A stretch of 64,000 nucleotides of DNA from Candidatus Zipacnadia bacterium (GCA_029820295.1 JALGVA010000001.1:51476-115475), one strand, 5' to 3'; shown: positions 49,064 to 59,312, counted from the stretch's first letter. Notes: generated by a model from the sequence alone, not told the origin. Translations and numbers: made by a program.

Positions 49064-52000
49064 ATGGCCGACACCGGGCACAGGATGGTCGTGGTGACGG
49101 GCGACGTCACGATGGACTGGAATCTGGCGCGACTGGCCAGCGATGACGACACCCGCTTCCGCTGGGACCCGAACGATGTCGCACGCGTCTCCCTGTCGCG
49201 GGGCGGCGCCGCCATGCTCGCCGATGTCATCGCGGCCCTGTGCTCCCTGCCCGGTGACGAGAGCGCGCTGGCCTGCTCGGCCACGGCGATCGGACCGCAG
49301 ACCGACCGGCCGCTGCCCGGCGGTGAGGCCTACGAGCGCTACCACCACTCCTACGCCCTGTGGACGCCCCACCGCAGGCGCGCCGGTGACCGGGGCGGGC
49401 CATGGGTGTGGCGGGTCAGGCAGTACCTCGGCCTCGACCGGGCGCGCGCGGGCGCGGCGCCGCCCGGGCTCGAGGCCGAGCCCGGGCCGGGCGCGGCCGA
49501 CCTCATCGTGCTCGACGACGCGAACCTGGGTTTCCGCGACGACCCGGCCGTGTGGCCCCCATCGATCACCGACGGCACCCACGCCGGCTGGACGGTCATC
49601 AAGATGGCCGAGCCGGTGGCGCACGGCGGCCTGTGGGAGCGGCTCGTCGGGAGCTGCGCCGAGCGCCTCGTGGCCGTGACCACCGTCGGCGACCTGCGCC
49701 GCCAGGCGGTGCACATCAGCCGCGGACTGTCGTGGGAGCGCACCGCCCAGGACCTGTTCTGGGAGCTGACCAACAACCCCGATGTCAACTCGCTGTCGGC
49801 ATGCGCCCACACCGTGGTCTCGCTCGGGCCGGCGGGTGCGCTGGTGCTTTCGCGCGCCGGGGGCTCGCCCGCCGACGGCGACCAGGGCTGGCGTTGCCGG
49901 CTCATCTTCGATCGCATGGTGACCGAGGGTGGCTGGGAGGGCGACTACCCGGGAGGCATGATCGGTTACACGGTGTCGCTGACCGCCGGGATCGTGGCCC
50001 AGATCCTGCGCGACCCGTCCGACCTGGAGGCCGGCGTCCGCTCGGGCATCGCGGCCATGCGCGCCCTGCACGTGGCAGGCCTGGGGGAGCAGGAGCTGGG
50101 GGGCGGCGACGGCGAGCAGCCGGAGCTGTCCCCGCTCGCCTTCCCGACCGAGATGATCGCGCGCACCGCGGTCGCGCCCTGTGAGTACCTCGACGCGACC
50201 GACGTGCAGAACCCGGCGCGTTACCTGACCTCGTCCGCGCCCGAGGCCGCGGGACGTCGCCGGGCCGCCTTCTGGACGATCCTCGACGGCGTCTGCGAGG
50301 GCGACGAGCGCCGGGCCGCCGAGACGCTGCCGGGCGAGTTCGACAGTCCGCTGGCTGTGAAGGCGGCGGAGGTGGCGCGCTGGGGCGTCGCCAGTCGGCT
50401 GGCCGGCGTACCGATTTGCCGTATCGGCGCCCTGACCACGGTGGACCGCCGCGAGACCGAGGGCTACCGCCGGGTGCAGAACCTGATCGAGCAATACTGG
50501 CGCGGGTCCGACAGCAAGCCGCTGGCCATCGCGGTCTTCGGCCCGCCCGGGGCGGGGAAGTCCTTCGGGGTCAAGCAGGTGGTCAAGTCGGTCCGCAGGC
50601 TGATGGGTGACGAGGATGACGAGGGCGAGCTGGAGTTCAACCTGTCGCAGTTCGCCGACCCGCACGATCTGGTCGCGGCGCTGCATCGCGTGCGCGACAT
50701 CGGCCTCAGCGGCGCCATGCCGCTGGTCTTCTGGGATGAGTTCGACAGCGAGGGCCTGAGGTGGCTGCAGCACTTCCTGGCGCCCATCCAGGACGGCGCC
50801 TTCCGCGACGCCGCCAGCGAACACCACGTGGGGCGCGCCATCTTCGTGTTCGCCGGCGGCACCGCCTCGAGCATGGCCGAGTTCGACCGCAGTCAGGCGT
50901 CCGACGAGGCGGTGCACGCGCATTTCATCAGCATGAAAGGCCCCGACTTCGTCAGCCGCCTCAAGGGCTACGTGGACATCATGGGCCCGAACCGCCACGG
51001 CGAGGACGACCGGCACTTCCTGCTGCGCCGCGCGATCCTGCTGCGCTCGCTGCTCGAGCGCAACGCCGGCACGCTGATTCGCGCCGACGGCGACGGCGAC
51101 ACGCTGCACATCGACGAGGGCGTGCTGCGCGCCTTCCTGCACGTCTCTGCGTACAAGCATGGCGTGCGCTCGATGGAGGCCATCATCGCCATGAGCAGCC
51201 TGGCGGGCAAGGACCACTTCGAGCGCTCCTGCCTGCCCGACGTCAGCCAGCTCGACCTGCACGTGGACGGCGATGAGTTCATGGCGCTCGTCCAGCTCCT
51301 CGACTTCGACCTGGCGGGCTCGGACCCGGATGCCCCGCGCCGGGCGCTCCTGGAGCGACTGGCCGCGGCCGTGCACGACAACTACCGGGGCGCCATGGCC
51401 GACTACAGTGACCGACCGGAGTGGGCCCAGGCCGGCTACCAGGCGCTGCCCGAGGAGGCGAAGGAGCAGAACCGCGACTTCGTGCGCCACATCGCCCCCA
51501 AGCTGGCCAGCATCGGCTACCAGATGGTGCCCGCGCGCAGCGACGATCCCCCCTTCGGCTTCCCGGGGCAGCACCTGGACTTCCTCGCTGAGGTCGAGCA
51601 TGAGCGCTGGCTCGCCCTCAAGCTCGAACAGGGCTACCGCTACGGCCCGGAGCGGGATGAGGCGCAGCGCATCAACCCGAACATGATCCCATGGCACGCG
51701 CTGTCGGACGAGGAGAAACGGCGGCGCTACGGCGACAGGGCCGACCGGGTCGGCCCCGGGCCGATGACCGAGGAGCAGAAGGACTGGGATCGTGACCTGA
51801 TCCGAGCCATCCCCAACGTGCTCGCCACCGCGGGCTACACGCTGGTGCACGTGCGCCACATCAGTCCCGAAGAGGAGCGCCGGGCCGGCGTGACGCCGCA
51901 CGTCCGCGTCGGCGTGACCGGCCACCGCTTCCTGGCCGAGGTGCCCAGGCTCCGGGCCGCGATCGAGCGCGCGCTGGACATCGTGCGCGCGCTGCATCCT

Positions 52001-52450
52001 GATCGCGAGCTGGCGGTGATCTCGCCACTGGCGGAGGGCGCCGACCGGCTGGTGGCCCAGGCGGCGCTGGCGGGCGGCGCCCGGCTGATCGCGCCGCTGC
52101 CCCTGCCGGAGGAGGACTACCTCACCGACTTCGCGACCGACCGGTCGAAGCAGGAGTTCCGCGCGCTGCTCGAACAGGCGACGTCGGTCCCCGTGCTGCC
52201 TCAGACCGCGAGCCGCGATGAGGCCTACGAGCAGGCCGGGCAATACGTGCTCGACGAGTCCGACGTGCTGATCGCGATCTGGGACGGCGCGCCCTCCCGG
52301 GGGCAGGGCGGCACCGCCGAGATCGTCGAGCGGGCGCTGAGCCGCGGCATGCCGGTGCTGCACATCAAGGCCGGCAACCGCGAGCCCGGAGCGACCACGC
52401 CCACCTCCCTCGGGGCGCAGCAGGGCAAGCTGGTGGCCCACAACCTGTGA
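49064..52450 (+). CDS. 1128-aa multidomain protein: N-terminal Rossmann-like region + AAA+ ATPase + RyR domain + C-terminal SLOG (DprA/LOG-like) domain
   Basis: ATG 49064 with GGAGGT RBS (7-nt spacer). Walker A IAVFGPPGAGKSFG and Walker B LVFWDEFDSEG. RyR motif EVEHERWLALKLEQGYRYGPERDEAQRINPNMIPWHALSDEEKRRRYGD...IRAIPNVLATAGYTLV. C-terminal SLOG-like blocks VRVGVTGHRF, ISPLAEGADRLVAQAALAGGARLI, LIAIWDGAPSRGQGGTAEIVERALSRGMPV. Confidence 0.6.
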   Translation: MADTGHRMVVVTGDVTMDWNLARLASDDDTRFRWDPNDVARVSLSRGGAAMLADVIAALCSLPGDESALACSATAIGPQTDRPLPGGEAYERYHHSYALWTPHRRRAGDRGGPWVWRVRQYLGLDRARAGAAPPGLEAEPGPGAADLIVLDDANLGFRDDPAVWPPSITDGTHAGWTVIKMAEPVAHGGLWERLVGSCAERLVAVTTVGDLRRQAVHISRGLSWERTAQDLFWELTNNPDVNSLSACAHTVVSLGPAGALVLSRAGGSPADGDQGWRCRLIFDRMVTEGGWEGDYPGGMIGYTVSLTAGIVAQILRDPSDLEAGVRSGIAAMRALHVAGLGEQELGGGDGEQPELSPLAFPTEMIARTAVAPCEYLDATDVQNPARYLTSSAPEAAGRRRAAFWTILDGVCEGDERRAAETLPGEFDSPLAVKAAEVARWGVASRLAGVPICRIGALTTVDRRETEGYRRVQNLIEQYWRGSDSKPLAIAVFGPPGAGKSFGVKQVVKSVRRLMGDEDDEGELEFNLSQFADPHDLVAALHRVRDIGLSGAMPLVFWDEFDSEGLRWLQHFLAPIQDGAFRDAASEHHVGRAIFVFAGGTASSMAEFDRSQASDEAVHAHFISMKGPDFVSRLKGYVDIMGPNRHGEDDRHFLLRRAILLRSLLERNAGTLIRADGDGDTLHIDEGVLRAFLHVSAYKHGVRSMEAIIAMSSLAGKDHFERSCLPDVSQLDLHVDGDEFMALVQLLDFDLAGSDPDAPRRALLERLAAAVHDNYRGAMADYSDRPEWAQAGYQALPEEAKEQNRDFVRHIAPKLASIGYQMVPARSDDPPFGFPGQHLDFLAEVEHERWLALKLEQGYRYGPERDEAQRINPNMIPWHALSDEEKRRRYGDRADRVGPGPMTEEQKDWDRDLIRAIPNVLATAGYTLVHVRHISPEEERRAGVTPHVRVGVTGHRFLAEVPRLRAAIERALDIVRALHPDRELAVISPLAEGADRLVAQAALAGGARLIAPLPLPEEDYLTDFATDRSKQEFRALLEQATSVPVLPQTASRDEAYEQAGQYVLDESDVLIAIWDGAPSRGQGGTAEIVERALSRGMPVLHIKAGNREPGATTPTSLGAQQGKLVAHNL

Positions 52451-52505
52451 CCGGAGGCGCGAGCGCAGCACACACCCCGGGCGCCCGGCGATTGGAGTGA
52501 GCGGC

Positions 52506-53931
52506 ATGCGCACCGTTGCGCTGCTGGCGGCGCTGGCGGCGACGTCGGTGGCGCAGGCGGAGACCATCGCGCAGTACCTGGCCACACCGGCAACCGCGCC
52601 GGAGCGCGTGGAGGACCTGGGAGCGGGCGACCCCTGGGTGATTGAGGGCGGCATGCACGACGGCCATGCTTCGCTGCGCTGGCCCGCGCTGGCGCTCCCC
52701 GATACCGACCCACAGTACACCCTCACCTACCACGTCTGCGTCGAGCGCGCGGCCCATCCCGACATGCTCGAGGTGTGGCCGCGCGAGGGCGGCCTGGGAG
52801 TCGGGATGATCGCCCCCACCGGCTGCAACTTCTACGCCGGCGGCTTCATCGACCTGCTCATCGACGGCGCCTCCATCGGCGGCAACCAGGCGACCATCGA
52901 GCGGCTCACCTGGCCCGCCGCGACCGGCTACCGGCTCACCTGGCAGATCCCCGGCGCAACCGTTGCCCTGACCTTCGTCGGCGCCGATGGCGACGACCAC
53001 CTGACGCTACACGGCGCCGTGCAGTCCGAGGAGATCATCAACACGGTCGAGGTGCGGCTCCGCTGCTTCCCGTCGAGCTTCACCGAGCCGCGTGAACGCT
53101 TCGTCGCCACCGCCGGCCGGGAGCTTGAGGCCGGTGCGCGCGTCGTCCTGCCCCCGGATGAGTGCTGGGCGCTGTTCGCGGATCGGCACTTCGACGAGGC
53201 GACGCTGCCCGCGCAGTCGCGCGGCCCGTGCGCGCTGCTGTTCGAGCCGATGCAGATGTCGCGGGCGATGCTGGATGTCGGCGCCTGCCAGATCGAGGCG
53301 CAGTTCGAGCTGATGCCCGGTCAGACGAGCTTCGACCTGGCGCTGTGGGAGTTCCCCGACCTGGCGAACGCCGCGGCGCTCGCGGCCATGCGGCAGGTGA
53401 CCGCCGACCTCGAGCCCGCCGGCGCGCAGCAGCAGATGGTCGCTGCGCCGCCGCGCGTGCTGGTGAGCGACGGGCGGCCCGCCGCCCGTGCCCGTCGGCG
53501 AGAAGCTGCGCGACCTGCCGCTGCAGTGGCGCTTCGCGCTCGACCCCGACGACGTGGGGCTGGCCGAGGGATGGTTCGCGACCGACTTCGATGACGCCCG
53601 GTGGGCGACCATCGAGGTCGGCCGGCACTGGGAGCGCCAGGGCTACGAGGGCTTCGACGGCATCGCCTGGTACCGGCTCGCGGTCGAGATTACGGCAGAG
53701 GACGTCGCCGCGCCGCTGCTGCTGGCCTTCGGCGGCGTAGACTCCGATGCCCGGGTGTTCCTGAACGGGCGCGAGGTGGGGCGGCACGAGGGCTGGGACG
53801 AGCCGTTCGCGATCGAGCTGCCGCGGGGCCAGGTGCGCGTGGGCGAGCCCAACCTGATCGCGGTGCGCGTGCGCGACACCGGCGCCGACGGCGGCATCTA
53901 CGGCACCGTCAGCCTCGGCCGGCCCAGGTAG
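52506..53931 (+). pseudogene. secreted protein with C-terminal galactose-binding-like jelly roll; apparent +1 frameshift near 53480-53500 (pseudogene or sequencing error)
   Basis: Signal peptide MRTVALLAALAATSVAQA|E (ATG 52506, GGAG upstream). Frame 0 (52497-53594) degenerates into an Arg-rich tail after ...RVLVSDGRPA. Frame +1 (53488-53931) continues with a well-formed domain (GWFATDFDDARWATIEVGRHWERQGYEGFDGIAWYRLAV...VFLNGREVGRHEG) homologous to the C-terminus of the 35185-37605 gene. Confidence 0.45.
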
Positions 53932-53951
53932 TCGCGCCCCCGGGGCGCGAC
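53931..53951 (+). terminator. GC-rich hairpin immediately after the stop codon (candidate intrinsic terminator)
   Basis: gtcgcgcc-cccgg-ggcgcgac: 8-bp perfect stem, 5-nt loop starting at the last base of TAG (53929-53931), followed by the A/T-containing cattcattaccc. Confidence 0.35.
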
Positions 53952-54125
53952 CATTCATTACCCACATCTCGTGCGCGGTCGCTACATCTGGGCCGTACGT
54001 CGTTGTCGTGCGCAGGGTGAGGCGCGTCGGCGCCTCAGCTTCTATGCCGGCCCGATCGTTGCGTCGTGGGCCGCTGGCGCTGCCGTCGTGCGCGGGCGGC
54101 GATGGAGTTCGCGCAGCGGACTCCC

Positions 54126-54152
54126 ATGAGAAGCCCAGGGGGCTTCTGCATG
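54126..54152. other. intergenic hairpin, copy A of a GAGAAGCC...GGCTTCT palindromic motif
   Basis: catgAGAAGCCC-agg-GGGCTTCTgcatg: 8-bp inner stem plus 4-bp outer CATG/CATG stem with a 1-nt bulge, in the 700-bp region upstream of the 54639 gene. Confidence 0.3.
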
Positions 54153-54638
54153 GAACCTGACGCCTGCGGAACACAGCCGCGCAGACGTCCCTCCTCCGTA
54201 CGACAAAGCGGCGTATCGCCCGGCCGTCGCGTGGCCTCGCCGCAGGCGTCCCGACTTGTGGATGATGCATGGGGAGCGCGCGGGGAGGCAGGATCGAGAT
54301 GCGCGCAGTGCGCCTGCCGGTTGGGCAATCACGAATGCCAGGGGAGCCCGCGATGCGGCGCGCGGCGACGGCGACGTGCATCCGCCTGGCGCTCTACCCG
54401 CAGGCGCCGGAGCGCATCGAGCTGGCTGCGGACGCCGAGGCGCACCGGCCGGGACAGGGCCGTGTATCGGTGACCGTTTCGGCCGCTGCAAGTTCGCGAT
54501 CGGCTTCGGGCGCAACGATGCGCCCGGCCCCCGGCGCATCGATGTCCGCGAGAACACCACCGGCCCGGCCGCCCCGGGCGACATCACGGTACGCCGGCGA
54601 CGCCCTGCCGACGCGCCGACAGAAGAGGAGCTGGCTGG

Positions 54639-57600
54639 ATGAGGATCACCGGTGCAATCACTCTCGTGCTGATGCTGCTGCCGGGGACGGCGGTCCTCGG
54701 TGACGTCACGCATAGCCCCGACGCCAACACCCTCTGGGTCGAGGACTTCGACCCGTTCGAGGCCGCGCCCGACTCGCGCGCCGGGTGGTTCGCCTTCGAG
54801 CCCGCGGAGGTCAGCGCCGAGCAGGTCGGCGGCCTCGTGCGCTTCCGCGAGGTATCGGAGTTCGCCGGGGGGTCCATCCAGCGCATCCTGCCCCTCGGCG
54901 GCGCCGACTACCGCTACCTGCAGATTCGCATCGCCGCGGTCGAGAACCCCGAGCACTACTTCAAGGCCTGGCTGCGCCTGCCCGCCGAGGGCAACCCCCA
55001 ACTCGGGCGCATGGGCCCGGGCATCAGCACTGTCGATCTCGGCCGGTTCCCCTTCCTGGCGGCGATGAACGAGGTGCCGCTCGACCTCGCGGTCATCGGC
55101 CCCCGCGGGCGACTCCCCAGCGGCGCCGTGGACGTGGACTGGGTGCGCCTCGTCAAGTCACCGGTCGGCGGCCTCACCGTCGAGCTGATCGACGAGGGCG
55201 AGGCCGACGGCATCGCGCAGATCGGCGACACGCTCGCCTTCACCTACACCGCGGACCGGCCCGTCGATGGCCCGATCGCCGTCACCTGCCACCTCGCGGC
55301 GGATCGCACTACGATCAGCCTGACCGCCAGGGAGCAGGTGCTGCTCACCGATGATGGGCAGGGGGGCGACGCCGCCGCCGGCGATGGCATCTTCACCCGG
55401 CGCGTGACCATCTCACCGCAGGCCACCGAGCTGACCGCGCGGGCCGCCGACGTCATCGCCACTGCGGGCGTAGCCGGTGAGTCGCGCAACGCTCCCGCGC
55501 TCTTCGCCTTCAGCATTCTCCCGGCCCCATGGCGCGCGGCGCGCGCGGCTGAAAGCGTCGGCGTCGGCGAGGAGATCTTCAGCGAGGACTTCGCAACCTC
55601 CGACGCGCACAACTGGCGCGCGTGGAGTGGCGGCTGGGAGGTCGTGCGCCCGGAGGAGGGCGCCGAAGGAACCATCGGCCTGGGCAACCGCACGTACGAC
55701 CGCCCCCGGCCCGAGGGCCACTGGATCGAGTTGCCCACCGCGCCGGTGGATGACGCAGCCCTGAGCGCGGCGCTCCGCCCCCAGGGCGGGGCCGGCCCGA
55801 TCATGCTCGCGCTGCGCTTCCAGGACCCGTGGAACCACTACCGCCTGCGCATCGCCGGCTCGACGCAGGTCGCGATCGAGCGCGTCTGCGCGGGCTGGCA
55901 GGAGGTCCTGGCTGAGACCACGCTGGCGGAGGGGATCCGCCGACCCGCGGGCGAGCCGGCGCCGCTCGTGACCTTCACCGCGGCCGGCTCAACGCTCATC
56001 GCCAGCGTCGAGGGCGCGCCCGTCCTGCATGCGTACGACAACACCTTCACCACCGGGCGCGCGGCGCTGGGCCTGAACCGCCTGAACGGCCGGTTCGACA
56101 GCGTCGCGCTCCATGCGGCCTCAGCGCATGAGCCCCCCGCCGACTTCCCCTGGGCGGGCCTGCGGCTTCGCCTCGGCCTGCGCGAGCGCGACCGCGCCTT
56201 CGGGCGCGATGCCGGCACGATCGGCGTGCCCGCGAGCATCGAGAACTGGACCGCCGGTCCCGTCGGCCCGCTGCGCGTCGTCGCCACGCTCATCCGGCAG
56301 AGCCTGTACGCCGACCCGGTCGCGGAGGTAGCGGTGAATCCGCTCGCGGCCGGCGAGTCAACGAACCTCCGCGTTCCGCTCGACCCCGCCCGCTACCGCT
56401 CCGGGCGCTACGCGCTCGTGCTGAGGCTGCGTGCGGGTGAGGAGACAGTGGCCACCGACGCGGTTGCGCTCGAGATCGGCCCGCCGGTCCCGGCTGAACG
56501 CATGGACGTGCTGTGGTGGGGCGGTGCCAACGTCGCCGAGCAGGTCGAGGCCGTGGCCGCGGCGGGCGTGACTGTGATGCACGAGTTCGGTCAGCGCTCG
56601 CCCGACCTGCTGGCTCTGGGCACTCGGTTGGGTCTGACTTACTACTCCTATCCGCCGCGTATCGACACCGCGCCCGCTGAGATCAAGGCGAACTTCGAGA
56701 ACCCGCACGCCTCGCCCCACGCGCCGATGGTCGATGAACTCGACCCGGAGGCCCGCGAGTGGGCGTTGCAGGTCGCGCGCGACCACGCCCGCTCATGGCG
56801 CTCCAACCGCCGCCTGCGCTACATCCTGCTCAACACCGAGTACGAGGGCCACTCCTACCCGAACCTGTCGGCGGAGGCCGAGGCCCGCTACCGCGAGCGC
56901 CTGGGCTTCCCGCGGCCGGCGGAGGCGGTCGCCCCCTACATCGCGCCGGCGACCAGCCTGGAGCTGTTCCCCGACCGCATCATCCCCGACGACGCCCCGC
57001 TCTACCGCTGGTTCCGCTTCTTCTACGCCGAGGGCGGGGGCGCGCTCAACGGCATCACCTGCGACCAGGCCCGCGCGATCGAGGAGATCTTCCCGCAGGT
57101 GACCACCTTCCATGATCCGGTCTTGCGCGGGCCGCAGTTCGCGGGCCGCTGGGACGGCATGGAGCTGCTCAACCACTGGACCTACGTCGAGCGCAACCCC
57201 CTGGACGTCGCCGCCTTCGCCGACGAGCTGGCCTGCCTGGGGCGGCGCAGCGGCTGGCGGCAGCAGATCTCGCAGATGATCCAGGTCATCGCCTACGCCG
57301 ACAGCGCCATGCCCGGCCTCCGGCCGGACGCGCCCGAGTACCTCCGCGATGCGCCCTTCGTCGCCATCCCGCCCGACATCCTCACCGAGGCGGTCTGGCT
57401 GGTGATGAGTCGGCCGGTGGACATGATCGCCTTCCACGGCCTGCAGACCGCCATCGAGACGCAGGAGCAGGAGACCTACCGCTACACCAACCCGAACACC
57501 CTCAGCGCGCTCGGTCGCGTGACCGAGGCGCTCATCGAGCCCTACGGCCCGGCGCTGCGGCGCATCAAGGACCGCCCGGGGCCGCGCGTGGCGCTGCTGC

Positions 57601-59312
57601 TCTCGGCCGCAAACACAGTCTTCGGGCGCATCGCTGAGGGCGGCGGCACGCGCTCGCTGCACAATCCGCTCACCGCCGCGCGCTTGGGCGTTGACGTGCT
57701 CTACGACGCGGACGTGCAGGAGGGCGCGCTCGCGAAGTACTCGGTGCTCGCCATCCCACAGTGCCGCTTCCTGCTCGCCAGCGTGCGCGAGCGCATCGAC
57801 GAGTTCCAGCGCGCGGGCGGCACCGTGCTGCTCGACGGCGACGCCATGCTGGAGATCCCCGGCGCCATCACGCTCCCCGAGGTCGCCGCCGATCACCAGG
57901 GCGCGACGCTGGAGCTGGTGCCCGGCGAGGTCATCGAGGTCGGCGACTCGCCGCGCGCCCGCCTCGACGCCGACCTGCGCCTGGCCGCCGCCGCCCTGCG
58001 CGAGCGGCTCCTCCCGCGCCTGGGCGAGCCGCCGTTCGTGGACTCGCCGCACCCGTACGTGGTGCTGGACGCGCGCCGATCGGGCGAGCTGAGCTACATC
58101 TTCGCCATCAACGACCGCCGGATCGCCGGACCCTACCTGGGCCGGTTCGGCGCCGTGCTCGAGCGCGGCGTGCCCATCACCGCGACGGTCGAGCTGTGCG
58201 AGGCGCCGGGCGCGCTCTATGATGCGCTGCAGCGCCGGCAACTGGGCCTCTCTGCGACCGAGAGCGGTGGCAGCGCCGTTGACGTGCAGCTCGAGCCGGG
58301 CTGGGGCGCGCTGCTGGTTGCGTGCGTCGAACCACTCGGGCCGGCGGAGCTGACGGTGTCGGACCGCACCGAGGGCAGCGGGCCGGTCACCGTCCGCGTG
58401 CAGGCGCGCTATGCCTCGGGCCGTGACGTGGCCGGCGTGGTGCCGCTGCGCGTCGATGTCTTCTCGCCCGATGGCGCGCTCAACGATTACTCGCGCTTCA
58501 CCGCCACCGAGGCCGACGGCTCGTTGGCGATGAGCGTCCCCATCGCCGACAACGAGCCCGCGGGCCTGTGGGCCGTGCGTGTCACCGAGCTGGTCGGCGG
58601 CCACGTCACCGTCGCCGGCTTCCAGGTCGTCCAGCCGCCCGCGCGCGAGCGCATCGTCGAGGTCGCCCCCGGCCTGCGGACGCTCGCACTGTGGCGCTTC
58701 GACGCCGATGCGCCGGCGCAGGAGGCCTTCGGCAGGGAGTACCAGATGACGCTGCGCGGCCGCTCGCGCTTTGCCGACGACGGCAGATCCGGCGGCTGCC
58801 TGGAGTGCTTCGCCTCGATCGGCGACGACCCGGAGGGCGTGGCGATCGCACAGACCCCGGCGCTGTCTCCGACCGGCCGGTTCGCGGCCGAGCTGTGGCT
58901 GCGGCCGAAGCCGGAGATGGCCGACGCCGAGTTTACCATGCTGCTGGACTGCAACTACTACCTGAACACCCGCGAGCTGCCGGGCGCCAACACGGGCTAC
59001 GCCTTCTTCCTCAGGCGCGACCCGGAGGGCGTGCGGCCCACCCTCGTCCTGGGCTTCGGCGACCGGACCGTCACCATCAAGGCGCAGCCCGTGGCCCTGG
59101 AGGCGGGGGCCTGGCGCCGGCTGGGCTTCGCGTACGACGGCGCGGGCGGCGTGAGCATCTCGCTTGATGGCCGGGAGGTGGGGAGGGGCAGGATCGAGGA
59201 TGCCGGCGACATCGCGCCGGCGCGCCTTCCCCTGATCATCGGCGGGCGCGTGGGCAGCACGCACTACGGCTGCGCCGGCGCCATCGATGACGTGCGCCTG
59301 TCGGGCGAGTGA
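54639..59312 (+). CDS. secreted 1557-aa protein with TIM-barrel glycoside-hydrolase-like core and C-terminal LamG/concanavalin-like domain
   Basis: ATG 54639 with AGAAGAGGAG RBS; signal peptide MRITGAITLVLMLLPGTAVLG; central block MDVLWWGGANVAEQVEAVAAAGVTVMHEFG...; C-terminal LamG-like block (GGCLECFASIGDDPEGVAIAQTPALSPTGRFAAELWLRPKP...LGFAYDGAGGVSISLDGREVG). Confidence 0.55.
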   Translation: MRITGAITLVLMLLPGTAVLGDVTHSPDANTLWVEDFDPFEAAPDSRAGWFAFEPAEVSAEQVGGLVRFREVSEFAGGSIQRILPLGGADYRYLQIRIAAVENPEHYFKAWLRLPAEGNPQLGRMGPGISTVDLGRFPFLAAMNEVPLDLAVIGPRGRLPSGAVDVDWVRLVKSPVGGLTVELIDEGEADGIAQIGDTLAFTYTADRPVDGPIAVTCHLAADRTTISLTAREQVLLTDDGQGGDAAAGDGIFTRRVTISPQATELTARAADVIATAGVAGESRNAPALFAFSILPAPWRAARAAESVGVGEEIFSEDFATSDAHNWRAWSGGWEVVRPEEGAEGTIGLGNRTYDRPRPEGHWIELPTAPVDDAALSAALRPQGGAGPIMLALRFQDPWNHYRLRIAGSTQVAIERVCAGWQEVLAETTLAEGIRRPAGEPAPLVTFTAAGSTLIASVEGAPVLHAYDNTFTTGRAALGLNRLNGRFDSVALHAASAHEPPADFPWAGLRLRLGLRERDRAFGRDAGTIGVPASIENWTAGPVGPLRVVATLIRQSLYADPVAEVAVNPLAAGESTNLRVPLDPARYRSGRYALVLRLRAGEETVATDAVALEIGPPVPAERMDVLWWGGANVAEQVEAVAAAGVTVMHEFGQRSPDLLALGTRLGLTYYSYPPRIDTAPAEIKANFENPHASPHAPMVDELDPEAREWALQVARDHARSWRSNRRLRYILLNTEYEGHSYPNLSAEAEARYRERLGFPRPAEAVAPYIAPATSLELFPDRIIPDDAPLYRWFRFFYAEGGGALNGITCDQARAIEEIFPQVTTFHDPVLRGPQFAGRWDGMELLNHWTYVERNPLDVAAFADELACLGRRSGWRQQISQMIQVIAYADSAMPGLRPDAPEYLRDAPFVAIPPDILTEAVWLVMSRPVDMIAFHGLQTAIETQEQETYRYTNPNTLSALGRVTEALIEPYGPALRRIKDRPGPRVALLLSAANTVFGRIAEGGGTRSLHNPLTAARLGVDVLYDADVQEGALAKYSVLAIPQCRFLLASVRERIDEFQRAGGTVLLDGDAMLEIPGAITLPEVAADHQGATLELVPGEVIEVGDSPRARLDADLRLAAAALRERLLPRLGEPPFVDSPHPYVVLDARRSGELSYIFAINDRRIAGPYLGRFGAVLERGVPITATVELCEAPGALYDALQRRQLGLSATESGGSAVDVQLEPGWGALLVACVEPLGPAELTVSDRTEGSGPVTVRVQARYASGRDVAGVVPLRVDVFSPDGALNDYSRFTATEADGSLAMSVPIADNEPAGLWAVRVTELVGGHVTVAGFQVVQPPARERIVEVAPGLRTLALWRFDADAPAQEAFGREYQMTLRGRSRFADDGRSGGCLECFASIGDDPEGVAIAQTPALSPTGRFAAELWLRPKPEMADAEFTMLLDCNYYLNTRELPGANTGYAFFLRRDPEGVRPTLVLGFGDRTVTIKAQPVALEAGAWRRLGFAYDGAGGVSISLDGREVGRGRIEDAGDIAPARLPLIIGGRVGSTHYGCAGAIDDVRLSGE

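Noticed and set aside
16788-49284. N-terminal extensions in ORF-track models (16788-18461, 19328, 22026, 33971, 37710, 38667, 38989, 40924, 44978, 45191, 49284)
   Set aside because: Each has an internal start with a Shine-Dalgarno motif and/or a signal peptide beginning there. The extended N-termini are Arg-rich and often antisense to a neighbour.
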